Source: Myxococcota bacterium
GTDB taxonomy: Bacteria; Myxococcota_A; Polyangia; Polyangiales; Sandaracinaceae
NCBI GenBank assembly: GCA_036149055.1
Contig: JAYZQJ010000014.1
Location: 1-64,000, forward strand
Reading direction: 5' to 3'
DNA: 64,000 nucleotides
Shown here piece by piece: positions 1-9,626 of the stretch. A program made the translations under genes and the position numbers. The notes beneath the pieces are model-generated. The model was not told where the DNA came from. It worked only from the letters and a program-made list of their open reading frames with translations, and searched no databases. Numbering within the stretch: position 1 is the first letter of the stretch; the number at the start of each line of letters is the position of its first letter.

Positions 1-79
1 GGGGCCCACGCCCCCTGGGCCCCCCCCCCCCCCCGCCGGGGGGGCGGGGGGCGGGGCGGGGCCGGGCCCCGCGACCCCC

Positions 80-217
80 GCGACGGGGCGCTGGGGGCCC
101 TGCGGCTGGCGCTGGCGCTTCGCGCGCGGTGGCCGCCCGCTGCCGCGGGATCGAACGACTCGAGTGGCGCGTGCGGTGACCTCGCTGCGCTCGTCGCCTG
201 CCGTCGTCTCGGGTCAG
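80..217 (+). repeat. Dispersed REP-like repeat, copy 1 (copy 2 inverted at 21173-21311)
   Basis: GCGACGGGGCGCTGGGGGCCCTGCGGCT...CCTCGCTGCGCTCGTCGCCTGCCGTCGTCTCGGGTCAG matches the reverse complement of 21173-21311 with a few central differences. Confidence 0.85.
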
Positions 218-283
218 CGTCGTGGAGGCGGGCGGCGGTGCCCCGGCGCCATTGTTTGCCAGCTCTCGAGCTCGTCTGCACGC

Positions 284-325
284 AAGAACGCCGCCGACCG
301 GGACGTCCGGGCGGCGGCGTCTTCG
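284..325 (-). terminator. Putative terminator hairpin downstream of the Kazal lipoprotein gene
   Basis: CGCCGCCG...CGGCGGCG inverted repeat, followed by TTCTT on the minus strand. Confidence 0.45.
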
Positions 326-341
326 GTCCTCGAGTCGTCGC

Positions 342-1715
342 TCAGCGGCCGAGGCAGGCGCGCAGGTCGGCGTCCATCGTCCAGCCGCAGGCGCCGTCGG
401 CCTGGCGCTCGCAGCTCGCGCCGCGGTAGCAGGCGAACTCCTCGCGCCAGATGCACGCGCTGAAGCCCGGGTCGCTCGGTCCGACGCACAGCTCGCCCGA
501 GCAGCCCGCCACCCGGCAGCCCGCGTCGCACTCGCCGTCGCTCGCCACCGACGTGCCCGCCGCGTGCGCGTGGCAGGCGTTCGAGTAGGTGCGTCCGTCG
601 CAGCCGCAGACCGGCGCGTACTCCTCGGTGCAGAAGTCGGGCGTCGGCGCGCAGGTGCCGGTCGCGTCCGCCGCGCCGCAGAGGTCGCCCTCGGCGTAGC
701 GGCAGAACTCGCCCTCGGCGCAGGTGAGCCCGGCCAGGCCGCCGCAGGCGCGCGGCGCCGGACACTCGACGATCTCCCAGCCGCAGGTTCCGTCCTCGGC
801 CCGGACGCAGTCGCCGGGGCCCGACACGGTCACGCCGTCCTCGCAGAGCACGTTCGGCGCGCCGGGGCGCGGGCCGCACTCGGACTCGCTGCAGGGGCCG
901 GTCGGAGCGCAGGCGCCCTCGTAGTCGACCGAGACGCCGGCCGCGTTGGCGCCGCAGCGGTTGCTGTAGGTGCGCCCGTCGCAGCCGCAGACCGGCGCGT
1001 ACTCGCGGGTGCAGATCGTCGGCTGCGCCTCGCAGGTGCCGGGGCGGTCGCTCCGGCCGCAGTCCGCGCCGGGGCCGTAGTCGCAGAACTGACCTTCGCC
1101 GCAGGCGGGGAGGCCGCGGCTGCCGCACGCGCGATCCACCGGCGCCGGCGCGCAGAAGCTCGGGCAGGGGGCGCGCACGCAGTAGATGCGTTCGCAGATG
1201 GCGCCGGTCGGGCACGCGCTGCCGCGACACTCGGGCCGGCACTCGCCGCCCTCGCACGCGAGGCTGATCGTGAAGGCGCCGCCGTCGCCCCAGTACTCGC
1301 GGGCGAGGAGCAGGTAGGTGCCGTCGCTCGGCAGGCGCACGTCGAGGTGCGAGTCGAAGCCGCCGCCCCAGTCGTCGTTGCGGGCCACGCGGCGCGCGCG
1401 CGCCCAGCCGTCGCCGACCTGCGGGCCGTAGAGGTAGAGCACCGGATCGTTGCCGTCGCCGATCAGGTCGACGACCACGCGGGCGTCCGCGGCGCCGGTG
1501 AACGTGTAGCCGCTGAAGCCGCGGGCGGCGTAGGCGCCGCTCACCGAGGCGCCGTACTCGAGGGTGTCCACCACCTCGACGCGGCGGGAGAAGAAGTCGG
1601 CCTTGCCGGTCTCGGTCTCGTCGACGGGGTCGCCGAGATCTTCCTTCGTTTCCGCGGCCACGCACCCGAACAGCCCGAGGGCGCACACGCAAGCCATGAG
1701 AAGTCGCTGTCGCAT
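342..1715 (-). CDS. Secreted Cys-rich lipoprotein: PPC-like domain, two Kazal-type protease-inhibitor domains, C-terminal eight-cysteine-cluster-like domain
   Basis: Lipobox LFGC; myxobacterial GKAD motif; DPVLYLYGP...NDD (PPC-like); CTREYAPVCGCDGRTYSNRC and CTEEYAPVCGCDGRTYSNAC (Kazal); GCSGELC...CGW tail. Confidence 0.85.
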   Translation of the reverse strand: MRQRLLMACVCALGLFGCVAAETKEDLGDPVDETETGKADFFSRRVEVVDTLEYGASVSGAYAARGFSGYTFTGAADARVVVDLIGDGNDPVLYLYGPQVGDGWARARRVARNDDWGGGFDSHLDVRLPSDGTYLLLAREYWGDGGAFTISLACEGGECRPECRGSACPTGAICERIYCVRAPCPSFCAPAPVDRACGSRGLPACGEGQFCDYGPGADCGRSDRPGTCEAQPTICTREYAPVCGCDGRTYSNRCGANAAGVSVDYEGACAPTGPCSESECGPRPGAPNVLCEDGVTVSGPGDCVRAEDGTCGWEIVECPAPRACGGLAGLTCAEGEFCRYAEGDLCGAADATGTCAPTPDFCTEEYAPVCGCDGRTYSNACHAHAAGTSVASDGECDAGCRVAGCSGELCVGPSDPGFSACIWREEFACYRGASCERQADGACGWTMDADLRACLGR

Positions 1716-1871
1716 TCCTGGGTCTCCGTGAGAGTTGCCCCCGCGAGAGCAAACCCCCGGCCAACGTCCGGGAGAGCCGCCCGCCGCGTCGCGTTCTTCC
1801 CAGGGCGTCCGGCGTCCGCCCGGGCTGCATGCGGAGCGGCTACCGCGCTGGCCAGGTGGCCGCTCGAGCGT

Positions 1872-2876
1872 TCACCCGAAGGCGCGGACGACCTGCGCCT
1901 CGAGCGCGTCGCGCTGCGCCCGGATCGACGCGAAGAGCGAGAGATGGGCGCGGGTCCGGGCGCGGTTGTGATCGCGTCGCGACGCGAAGCGCGACTGGTC
2001 CCAGCCGAAGTAGCGGTCCTCGAAGAGGTCGGCGGCGAAGCGGCTCGCCAGCTCCACGCTGATCGTCTCGACGCCGGCGACGATGGACGCGCGCTCCTCC
2101 GCGGTCACGAGGTCGCGCACCGCCGGGGCCCAGCCCTCGAGCGCCGCCTCGAAGATGGCCGGGTCGAAGCGGGCCTCGGGGTCGGCCTCGTTCGTCGCGT
2201 TGCCCCACGAGCGCAGGGCGTCGCCGAGCTCCACCGCCAGGGTGCCGTGCGCCAGCGTGTCGAGGTCGAGCAGGCAGCGCGCGCGATCGCCGTCGAAGCG
2301 GATGTTCGTCGCCTTGAGGTCGCCGTGCACGATGCGGGTGGGCAGCGGCGGGATCTCCGGGAGCGCCTCGGCGACCTCGAGCACCGCGCGGGCGAGCGGC
2401 GCGTCCTCGTGATCGGCGTGCCCCTCGAGCAGCCCCCGGAGCTTCGCGAGGTGCCGCGGCGTGTCGTGCGCGCCGGGCCGGCTGAAGTGGAAGTCGTGCT
2501 CGAAGCCGTCCAGGGCGCGGTGGAAGCGACCGACGAGCGCCGCCGCCTCCCGGGCCTGGGCGGGGGTGAGGGAGGCGTGGGTCTCACCCTCCACGTAGCT
2601 CAGGGCGCGCCAGATCCCGTCCGCCTCGATCCAGGGCTCACCGTCGGTCGTCCGGATCAGCCGCGGCGTCTCGAGGCCCCGCTCGGCGAGCCGCGCGGTG
2701 ATCGCCTCGATGTCGAGGTTCACCGCGCCCCCGAAGACCGGGTGGAGCTCCTGCACGACCACGGGCTCGCCGCGCCGACGGGCGACGAAGGTCCGGTTGA
2801 TCCAGCCCACCGAGATCGGCGTCGGGGCCTCGTCGTCCAGCGCGTAGGCGGCCCGCACGGCGTGGGGGATCGGCAC
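1872..2876 (-). CDS. APH/choline-kinase-like phosphotransferase family protein
   Basis: G-W-INRTF N-lobe loop, HGDLKATN Brenner motif, LLDLD metal-binding motif. Confidence 0.85.
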   Translation of the reverse strand: MPIPHAVRAAYALDDEAPTPISVGWINRTFVARRRGEPVVVQELHPVFGGAVNLDIEAITARLAERGLETPRLIRTTDGEPWIEADGIWRALSYVEGETHASLTPAQAREAAALVGRFHRALDGFEHDFHFSRPGAHDTPRHLAKLRGLLEGHADHEDAPLARAVLEVAEALPEIPPLPTRIVHGDLKATNIRFDGDRARCLLDLDTLAHGTLAVELGDALRSWGNATNEADPEARFDPAIFEAALEGWAPAVRDLVTAEERASIVAGVETISVELASRFAADLFEDRYFGWDQSRFASRRDHNRARTRAHLSLFASIRAQRDALEAQVVRAFG

Positions 2877-2945
2877 GGCGGAACCATAGCGCGGTCGAGC
2901 GGGCGGCGGCCATCTCTGCTACATACCCAGGCGGAGGTTTCGCGG

Positions 2946-4973
2946 GTGACCGAGCGGGGGATCGAGGCAGACGATCGGCCGGCTCCCGAGGAGGAGCCGC
3001 AGGCGCTGATCCAGAGCGCCTTCGACGTCGCGCGCGAGGATCCGGATCGCGCGGAGGAGCGGCTGCGCGAGGCGGCCCGCGCCGCGCCCGAGGATCCCAC
3101 CGTCCGGTGGGCGCTCGCTCGATTCCTCCACGACGCGCGCGGCGACGTCGACGGCGCGGAGAAGGCCTACCAGGCTGCGCTCGCGCTCGACCCGGAGCAC
3201 GCCGCCTCGCTCTCGGACTACGCCCGGCTGCTGCACTACCTGCGGCGCGACGTCGACGGCGCCGAGGCGCTCTACCGTCGCGCGGTCGAGGCGCGCCCCG
3301 ATCGCGCGGACCCGCGCTGCGACCTCGCGTACTTCACCGAGCAGGCGCGCGGCGATCACGACGCGGCCGAGCGGATCTACGAGCAGGCGCTGGCGCTCGA
3401 GCCCGCGCACCCCGACAGCCTCGAGTCCTTCGCGCGCTTCCTTCACCACGTGCGCCGCGACGCGCCCCGGGCCAAGGCCCTGTATCAGCGCGCCATCGAC
3501 GCCTCCCCCGAGCGCGCCGACCTGCGCGCGTGGTACGCGGTCTTCCTCCAGACGCTCGGCGCCGATCCGGACGGCGCGGAGCACGCGTTCGAGCAGGCCA
3601 TCGCGCTCGACCCCGCCGACGGCTTCGCGCTCAGCAACTACGCGCTCCACCTCTTCGGCCGCGGGCGCGATCCGGACCGCGCCGAGCAGCTCTTCACCCG
3701 CGCGCTCGACGCCGAGCCCGACCGATGGAGCACGCACTGGTGGTTCGCCGCGTTCCTCGACGAGGCGCGCGGGGATCGGCAGCGGGCGGCCCGCCACTAT
3801 CGCCGCGCGGTGGAGCTGCAGCCGGCGCACGCCACGCTGCTCCGGCAGTACCAGGCGTTCCTCGAGGGCGGCGCGCGCGAGGTGCGAGAGGTGGGCCGGG
3901 CGCTCCGCTCCACCCGGGTCGACGAGACGAGCGACGCCGGCTACGCGCACGAGCAGGCGCGGCGCTACGAGGAGGCCGAGCGCGCCTATCGCGAGGCGCT
4001 CTCGATCGACGCCGACCACGGGCCGACCCTGAGGCGCTTCGCCGCGCTGCTCGAGAAGACCGGCCAGCTCGACGAGGCGGAGCGCTTCCTGCGACGCGCG
4101 GTCGAGCTGGCCCCCCGCGACGGCTGGGCGCACGGCCTGCTCGCGCGCTTCCTCCACCGCCAGCGGGGCGACGTCTCCGAGGCGGATCGCCACTATCGAC
4201 AGGCCATCGCGGCCGGGCTGCACGACCCCAAGTGGCTCGGCGAGTACGCTCGCTTCCTCGAGGAGCAGGCGAGCGAGCACGGGCGCGCCGAGACCTACTA
4301 CGGGCGCGCCCTCGACGCGGAGGCCACGGCCGAGGTGGCGGTCGACTACGCGCGCTTCCTCGAGCTGCGCCGCGGCGATCACGTGGGCGCGGCGGCCCTC
4401 TTCGAGCGAGCGATCGCGCTCTCCCCCGACGACACCTACCCGCTGCGGCAGTACGCCCGCTTCCTCGAGGACACCCGCGGCGATCTCGACGCGGCCGAGG
4501 CCCAGTACCTGCGCGCCGTGGCCCTCGCGCCGAGCGACGCGATGACGCTCAGCTGGTACGCGCGCTTCCTGGAGCGCCGCCGCAGCGACGATCTCCGCGC
4601 CGCGCAGTTCCACCTCCGCGCCGCCCGCGCCGAGCCGGATCGGGCCGAGCGCTGGGCCGCCGTGGTGCGGTTCCTGCTCGAGCGCGGGCTGGTCGACGAG
4701 GCGTCGCACTCGCTGCGCCGGTGGCTCGAGCGCGCGCACCCGGGCGACGGAGGCGCGCCGCTCTGCGAGGCGTACTTCTACGGCCTGGTCTACCTCCCCG
4801 AGGAGGAGCGCCGCGCGTGCTTCGAGGCCCTCAAGTCGCTCGTCGCCGACGGCAGCGATCCCGGGCGCTGGGATCCGGAGCCACACCTCTCGCGCTTGCG
4901 CGAGTCCGGTCGGCCTGACACGCCTTGGGTCGAGCGCCTCGCGCGCGTCCTCGTCGACCGAATGAGGCTTTGA
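2946..4973 (+). CDS. Tetratricopeptide-repeat protein (many ~35-aa repeats)
   Basis: Recurrent ALALDP...YARFL...RGD.D.AE..Y.RA repeats; GGAGG at ~2933 before GTG 2946. The 5' part of ORF 222..4973 is a shadow frame. Confidence 0.85.
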   Translation: MTERGIEADDRPAPEEEPQALIQSAFDVAREDPDRAEERLREAARAAPEDPTVRWALARFLHDARGDVDGAEKAYQAALALDPEHAASLSDYARLLHYLRRDVDGAEALYRRAVEARPDRADPRCDLAYFTEQARGDHDAAERIYEQALALEPAHPDSLESFARFLHHVRRDAPRAKALYQRAIDASPERADLRAWYAVFLQTLGADPDGAEHAFEQAIALDPADGFALSNYALHLFGRGRDPDRAEQLFTRALDAEPDRWSTHWWFAAFLDEARGDRQRAARHYRRAVELQPAHATLLRQYQAFLEGGAREVREVGRALRSTRVDETSDAGYAHEQARRYEEAERAYREALSIDADHGPTLRRFAALLEKTGQLDEAERFLRRAVELAPRDGWAHGLLARFLHRQRGDVSEADRHYRQAIAAGLHDPKWLGEYARFLEEQASEHGRAETYYGRALDAEATAEVAVDYARFLELRRGDHVGAAALFERAIALSPDDTYPLRQYARFLEDTRGDLDAAEAQYLRAVALAPSDAMTLSWYARFLERRRSDDLRAAQFHLRAARAEPDRAERWAAVVRFLLERGLVDEASHSLRRWLERAHPGDGGAPLCEAYFYGLVYLPEEERRACFEALKSLVADGSDPGRWDPEPHLSRLRESGRPDTPWVERLARVLVDRMRL

Positions 4974-6488
4974 TTGATCGAAGATGCCCGAACCTACGAG
5001 GACGGCCGCGTCCTCGAGTGCGACGTGTGCGTGATCGGCTCCGGCGCCGCCGGGGTCACGGTGGCGAGGCGGCTGATGGCCGAGGGGCAGCGCGTCGTGC
5101 TGCTGGCCGGCGGCGGGCCGGAGCGCGACTCCACCATGCAGGCGCTCTACGCCGCGTCGATGAGCGGCGTCGGCGACTTCCGGCCCGAGAACACGCGGCG
5201 GCGTCAGCACGGCGGGAGCACCATGCACTGGGCGGGCTTCTGCCTGCCGCTGTCGCCGGAGGACTTCGAGCCACGCGACTGGATCCCCTACAGCGGCTGG
5301 CCGATCCGCTACGCCGACCTCGTGCCCTACTACCGGCGCGCGCAGCTCGACGTCGAGCTGGCCGACTTCGTGTACGGCACGCCCGAGCTCGCGGCGCTCC
5401 GGGGCCAGGAGCCGCTCGACGTCGCGGGCGGCGCCATCGAGAGCGTCTCCTATCACTTCAGCCCGCCGTCGCGCTTCGCCACGCTCTACGAGGAGGAGCT
5501 CGCCGCGTCGGGCTCCCCCACGCTGCTGTGGGCGCACCTGACGGAGCTCGTGCTCGAGCCGGGCCTCGACAGCGTGGAGCGCGCGTCCTGCGCGGTGCTC
5601 GGCGGACCCACGTTCCAGGTGGAGGCGGATCGTTTCGTGCTCGCCTGCGGCGGCATCGACAACGCGCGGCTCCTGCTCGCCTCCAACCGACAGATGGAGC
5701 CGGGCATCGGCAACGGCCACGACCTGGTCGGTCGCTTCTTCATGGAGCACCCGCACTTCTACCGGGGCGCGGTGTGGATCGCGCCGAGCGATCTCGACAC
5801 GTCGTTCTACCGGCTGCGCCGGGTGAGCCTGCCCCTGCCCGACGGCGGTGATCGCTCCGTGCAGGTCCAGGGCGCGCTCGCGCTGTCGGCGGCGATCCGC
5901 GAGGCCGAGGGCCTGCCCGGGTTCGCCGCGACCTTCGGGGCGCGCGACTTCGACGGAGTGGACGTCGACCCGCTGGACCCCGAGCGGGCCCTCAGCGTGC
6001 TCGCCCACCACGAGGAGGTCGGCCTGCACGCCCTCGACTGCCGGGTGGAGCAGACGCCCGATCCCGACAGCCGGGTCACGCTGCGCGGCGACACCGACGC
6101 GCTGGGCATCCCCCAGGCCGACCTGCACTGGAAGATCCGGGACGAGGACCTCGCCACGCTCGCGCGGGGGCTGGAGCTCATCGGCACCGAGCTGGGGGCG
6201 CGGCAGCTCGGGCGGCTGTGGCGCTCGGTCGACGCGGACGGTCGCTTCGACTGGGAGCTGGAGAACGGCTCGCATCACATGGGCACCACGCGCATGGCGG
6301 CCCGCCCCGAGGACGGCGTGGTCGACGCGGACTGCCGGGTCTTCGGCGTCGACAACCTCTACGTCGCGGGCAGCTCGGTGTTCACCACCGGAGGCCACGC
6401 CAACCCGACGCTCACCATCGTGGCGCTCGCGCAGCGCCTCGCCGACCACCTGCTCGGCCGGCCGTACGAGCCCGCGGAGGAGCCGTGA
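4974..6488 (+). CDS. GMC family FAD-dependent oxidoreductase
   Basis: DVCVIGSGAAG FAD motif, GGSTMHWAG, VGRFFMEHP, HHMGTTRM, NLYVAGSSVF, NPTLTIVALA. Confidence 0.92.
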   Translation: MIEDARTYEDGRVLECDVCVIGSGAAGVTVARRLMAEGQRVVLLAGGGPERDSTMQALYAASMSGVGDFRPENTRRRQHGGSTMHWAGFCLPLSPEDFEPRDWIPYSGWPIRYADLVPYYRRAQLDVELADFVYGTPELAALRGQEPLDVAGGAIESVSYHFSPPSRFATLYEEELAASGSPTLLWAHLTELVLEPGLDSVERASCAVLGGPTFQVEADRFVLACGGIDNARLLLASNRQMEPGIGNGHDLVGRFFMEHPHFYRGAVWIAPSDLDTSFYRLRRVSLPLPDGGDRSVQVQGALALSAAIREAEGLPGFAATFGARDFDGVDVDPLDPERALSVLAHHEEVGLHALDCRVEQTPDPDSRVTLRGDTDALGIPQADLHWKIRDEDLATLARGLELIGTELGARQLGRLWRSVDADGRFDWELENGSHHMGTTRMAARPEDGVVDADCRVFGVDNLYVAGSSVFTTGGHANPTLTIVALAQRLADHLLGRPYEPAEEP

Positions 6489-6904
6489 AGCGCCGCTCGT
6501 TCCTCCAAGTCGCCGCGGCTCAGCTCGCGGCCGCGCCGCTCGGCCTCGGCGCGCTGAGCGCCTGCACGCCGCCGCCTCCCCTGGAGTGGCGGGACCTCGC
6601 GCTCCGCGCCGCCACGCATTTTCCGATCGACGATCTCGAGTCGGCCCGGATCGTGGGCGCGCGCTTCCTCGACGGGGTGGGGCGTGACGAGGAGCAGCTG
6701 GAGGCGGAGCTCGCGCCGACGCTGGCGCGGCTCGAGGCCGGCGCCCCCATCGAGGACCCCGAGACCTGGCGCGCGGCGATCCGCGCCGACTTCGAGGCGG
6801 GCGAGACCCGCGACACCGGCGGCTGGGTGTTCGCCGCGACCGAGTGTCACCTCGCCGCGCTCGTCGCGCTCTTCGACGTCGGGCCGGCGGACCTCGAGGC
6901 CTGA
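6485..6904 (+). CDS. Small Tat-signal lipoprotein, probable partner subunit of the GMC oxidoreductase
   Basis: GTGA overlap with the GMC stop; KRRSFL twin-arginine motif; LSAC lipobox; IRADFEAG...GWV..TE tail. Confidence 0.75.
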   Translation: MKRRSFLQVAAAQLAAAPLGLGALSACTPPPPLEWRDLALRAATHFPIDDLESARIVGARFLDGVGRDEEQLEAELAPTLARLEAGAPIEDPETWRAAIRADFEAGETRDTGGWVFAATECHLAALVALFDVGPADLEA

Positions 6905-8040
6905 CGCGCGAGGAACAGCCCGCTCAGGATCTTGGGGCTGAAGAACGTGCTCTTCTCCGGCATGACGATCTCCGGATCCTCGAGCCCGGCGTCCGCCACC
7001 GCGATCAGCTCGCTCGGGCTCACCGGGTGCAGCGCGATCGCCAGCTCGTACGCGCCGCCGTCGACCGCCGCCTTCATCTCCTCCAGCGCGGTCTCCGGGT
7101 AGTAGTCGAAGCGCGCCGGGTCCACGATGTGCGCGTGGGTCAGGCCGAGGTGAGGGTAGAGCTCGCGCTCCAGGATCGCGCAGTCGAGGCGCCCCACCAC
7201 GTCCGAGGGCACGTCGCGCGCCTTCATCGTCCAGCAGCCGTCGCGCGCATAGAGGCGAAAGGAGTGCTTGGGCGGTGTGTCGAAGGTGTCCGCCGGCTCG
7301 AGGTCGAGGGCGCCGCGCGCCTCCGCGAACGGGATGACCGGCGCGACCACGCGGTCGTAGGCGAGGATGCGCGCCTCCTCGGTCACGTAGGCCAGCACGT
7401 GGGACAGCCCGCCGCGGAGCGCGGCGTGATAGCGGTGGTGCCCGTCGGCGACGTAGAGCGGGCGCGGCGCGAGCTGCGCGACGAGCGAGCGCCCGAGGTC
7501 GCTCTCCTCCGGGACCCTCCACACGCGGCTCCGGATCGCGTGCAGATCGGTGCCGGGGCCGAGGTCGCTCCGGAAGTCGTAGAGCGGCGCGTGCTCCTTC
7601 GCCCGCTCCAGGGTCTCGCCGATCGAGGCCTGGGTGAGCAGGAAGATCGGCTCGGTCGTGTGCCCGGTCGCCTCCGCGAGCGCGATGCGCCCCTTCACCT
7701 TGTCGTCGAAGGTCTTCTCGTGCCGGATGATCTGCCCCTCGGCGTAGTCGGTGACCTCGGCCGCGACCAGGACGCCGGTGCGGGCGCCGCCCTCCCACGT
7801 CTGCTCGTAGACATGGAAGCACGGCTCGGTGTCGTCGATCAGCGCCCCCCGCGCCCGGAGCCCGGCGAGCGCCTCGCGCGGCGCGTCGCCGAGGATGACG
7901 TGGAAGAGCGAGTCCGGGGTGGCCGCGAGCCGGGCGCGCAGCGGGCTGCCCTCCTTGATCACGTCGTAGGGAGGGCACGTGACCCGCGCCGCCGCGCCTT
8001 CGCCGGGTCGGAGCCCGACCAACCCTCGGATGCTCACCAT
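6847..8040 (-). CDS. DUF1015 family protein
   Basis: PPYDVI, HEKT, LYVADGHHR, MPEKSTFFSPK motifs. Confidence 0.9.
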   Translation of the reverse strand: MVSIRGLVGLRPGEGAAARVTCPPYDVIKEGSPLRARLAATPDSLFHVILGDAPREALAGLRARGALIDDTEPCFHVYEQTWEGGARTGVLVAAEVTDYAEGQIIRHEKTFDDKVKGRIALAEATGHTTEPIFLLTQASIGETLERAKEHAPLYDFRSDLGPGTDLHAIRSRVWRVPEESDLGRSLVAQLAPRPLYVADGHHRYHAALRGGLSHVLAYVTEEARILAYDRVVAPVIPFAEARGALDLEPADTFDTPPKHSFRLYARDGCWTMKARDVPSDVVGRLDCAILERELYPHLGLTHAHIVDPARFDYYPETALEEMKAAVDGGAYELAIALHPVSPSELIAVADAGLEDPEIVMPEKSTFFSPKILSGLFLARQASRSAGPTSKSATSAAR

Positions 8041-8095
8041 GGGATCAAGCTATCAGAGCCTCGCGATCCGCGCGCTTCATGGCAGATTCCGGTGC

Positions 8096-8593
8096 GTGAA
8101 CCCTCCGGGACACCTGGCCGTGGCCTACCTGCTCGGACGCCGACGACCCGGGGCGCGGCTGCCCCGCTTCGCCTGGCTCGCCTGCGGCGCGCTCGTCCCG
8201 GATGCGCTCGACAAGAGCGCCATGCTGCTCGGCTTGACGCCCTACGGTCGCACGGTCGGCCACAGCCTGGTGCTCTGGGCGTCGATGCTGACGGTGTGGA
8301 TGTGGGCCGCTGGCCTGCGGGTCCCCGCGGCCTCGGCGCTCGGGCTCGTCACGGCGGGGGGCGTCTCTCACCTGGCGGCCGACCTCGTCGACGACGTGGT
8401 GGAGGGCGTCGAGCGGACGGGCTTCGTGTTCAGCGCGTGGGCTGGCTGGCCGTGGACGAACCCCGACATGTGGTCCGTCCAGGTAGACCACCTCTGGCCG
8501 TACGCCCGGCACGCGACCACGAGCCTCGAGCTGCTCACGATCGCCATGACCCTCGGTCTCCTGGCGCGTGACCGGGCGCGAGGCGCGGCGTGA
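8096..8593 (+). CDS. Membrane metal-dependent hydrolase (YdjM-like)
   Basis: PPGH, GALVPD.LDK, GRTVGHSL, SHLAAD motifs; hydrophobic segments. Confidence 0.8.
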   Translation: MNPPGHLAVAYLLGRRRPGARLPRFAWLACGALVPDALDKSAMLLGLTPYGRTVGHSLVLWASMLTVWMWAAGLRVPAASALGLVTAGGVSHLAADLVDDVVEGVERTGFVFSAWAGWPWTNPDMWSVQVDHLWPYARHATTSLELLTIAMTLGLLARDRARGAA

Positions 8594-9588
8594 GCGCGCA
8601 GATCGAGGTGCGGGAGCTCCGGAAGCACTTCCGGGTGCACGAGCGGGCGCCGGGCTTCTTCGCGTCGCTGCGCTCCCTGTTCGCTCGGGAGCACAAGACG
8701 GTGAAGGCCGTCGACGGGGTGAGCTTCCAGATCGACGCGGGCGAGCGGGTGGGGTTCCTGGGCCCGAACGGCGCGGGCAAGACCACGACGCTCAAGATGC
8801 TCGCCGGGCTGCTGCACCCGACCGAGGGCGAGGTGCGGGTGGACGGGCACGTGCCTCAGCGGCGCGAGGCCGCCTACCTCGAGAAGATCATGCTGGTGAT
8901 GGGCCAGAAGCAGCAGCTCATCTGGGACCTGCCGCCGGCGGACACCTTCGACCTGAACCGCGCCATCTACGAGGTGCCGAGGGCCCGGTTCGAGGAGACC
9001 GTGCGCGAGCTGACCGAGCTGCTCGAGCTGGGTGACCTCGTGCGCAAGCCGACGCGGGAGCTGAGCCTCGGCGAGCGCATGAAGTGCGAGCTCGTGGCGG
9101 CGCTGGTGCACCGGCCGAAGGTGCTCTTCCTCGACGAGCCGACGATCGGGCTCGACGTGTCCACGCAGGTCGTCGTGCGTGAGTTCATCCGCGCCTACAA
9201 CGAGCGACACGAGGCCACGCTCATCCTCACCAGCCACTACATGGACGACGTGGCCGCGCTCTGTCCGCGCGTGATCGTCATCGACAAGGGCCGGCTCTCC
9301 TACGACGGCCGGCTCGACGCCCTGGTCCAGCAGATCCGCCCCGAGAAGCGGCTGCGCCTGCGGCTGCACGCGGCGGCGGACGAGGCGGAGGTCGCGGCGC
9401 TCGGCCAGGTGATCGAGTCCGAGGAGCGCGAGGTCGTCGTCCAGGTGGCGCAGGAGGAGCTCGCCGCGGCGGTCTCGAGGGCGCTGGAGCGCCTCCCGGT
9501 CACCGACTTCACCGTCACCGCCGCGCCGCTCGAGGAGGTCATGAGCGAGCTGTTCGCGCGGAGCCGCCGGGCGCGGGAGTCCGAGTAG
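8590..9588 (+). CDS. ABC transporter ATP-binding protein
   Basis: GPNGAGKTT, LSLGERM, LFLDEPT, TSH. Confidence 0.95.
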   Translation: MSAQIEVRELRKHFRVHERAPGFFASLRSLFAREHKTVKAVDGVSFQIDAGERVGFLGPNGAGKTTTLKMLAGLLHPTEGEVRVDGHVPQRREAAYLEKIMLVMGQKQQLIWDLPPADTFDLNRAIYEVPRARFEETVRELTELLELGDLVRKPTRELSLGERMKCELVAALVHRPKVLFLDEPTIGLDVSTQVVVREFIRAYNERHEATLILTSHYMDDVAALCPRVIVIDKGRLSYDGRLDALVQQIRPEKRLRLRLHAAADEAEVAALGQVIESEEREVVVQVAQEELAAAVSRALERLPVTDFTVTAAPLEEVMSELFARSRRARESE

Positions 9589-9626
9589 CGTGGCCTCGGC
9601 TCCAGGGATGTGCGATCTTCCGAGCG

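Noticed and set aside
1..79. G/C-run tract as a G-quadruplex or functional element
   Set aside because: Looks like low-quality sequence at a contig end running into a repeat
1872..2876. Aminoglycoside resistance gene
   Set aside because: Only superfamily-level kinase motifs; no mobile context; substrate cannot be assigned
222..2945. 5' part of the 1583-aa ORF 222..4973
   Set aside because: Antisense shadow of the Kazal and phosphotransferase genes; the real TPR gene starts at GTG 2946 behind an RBS
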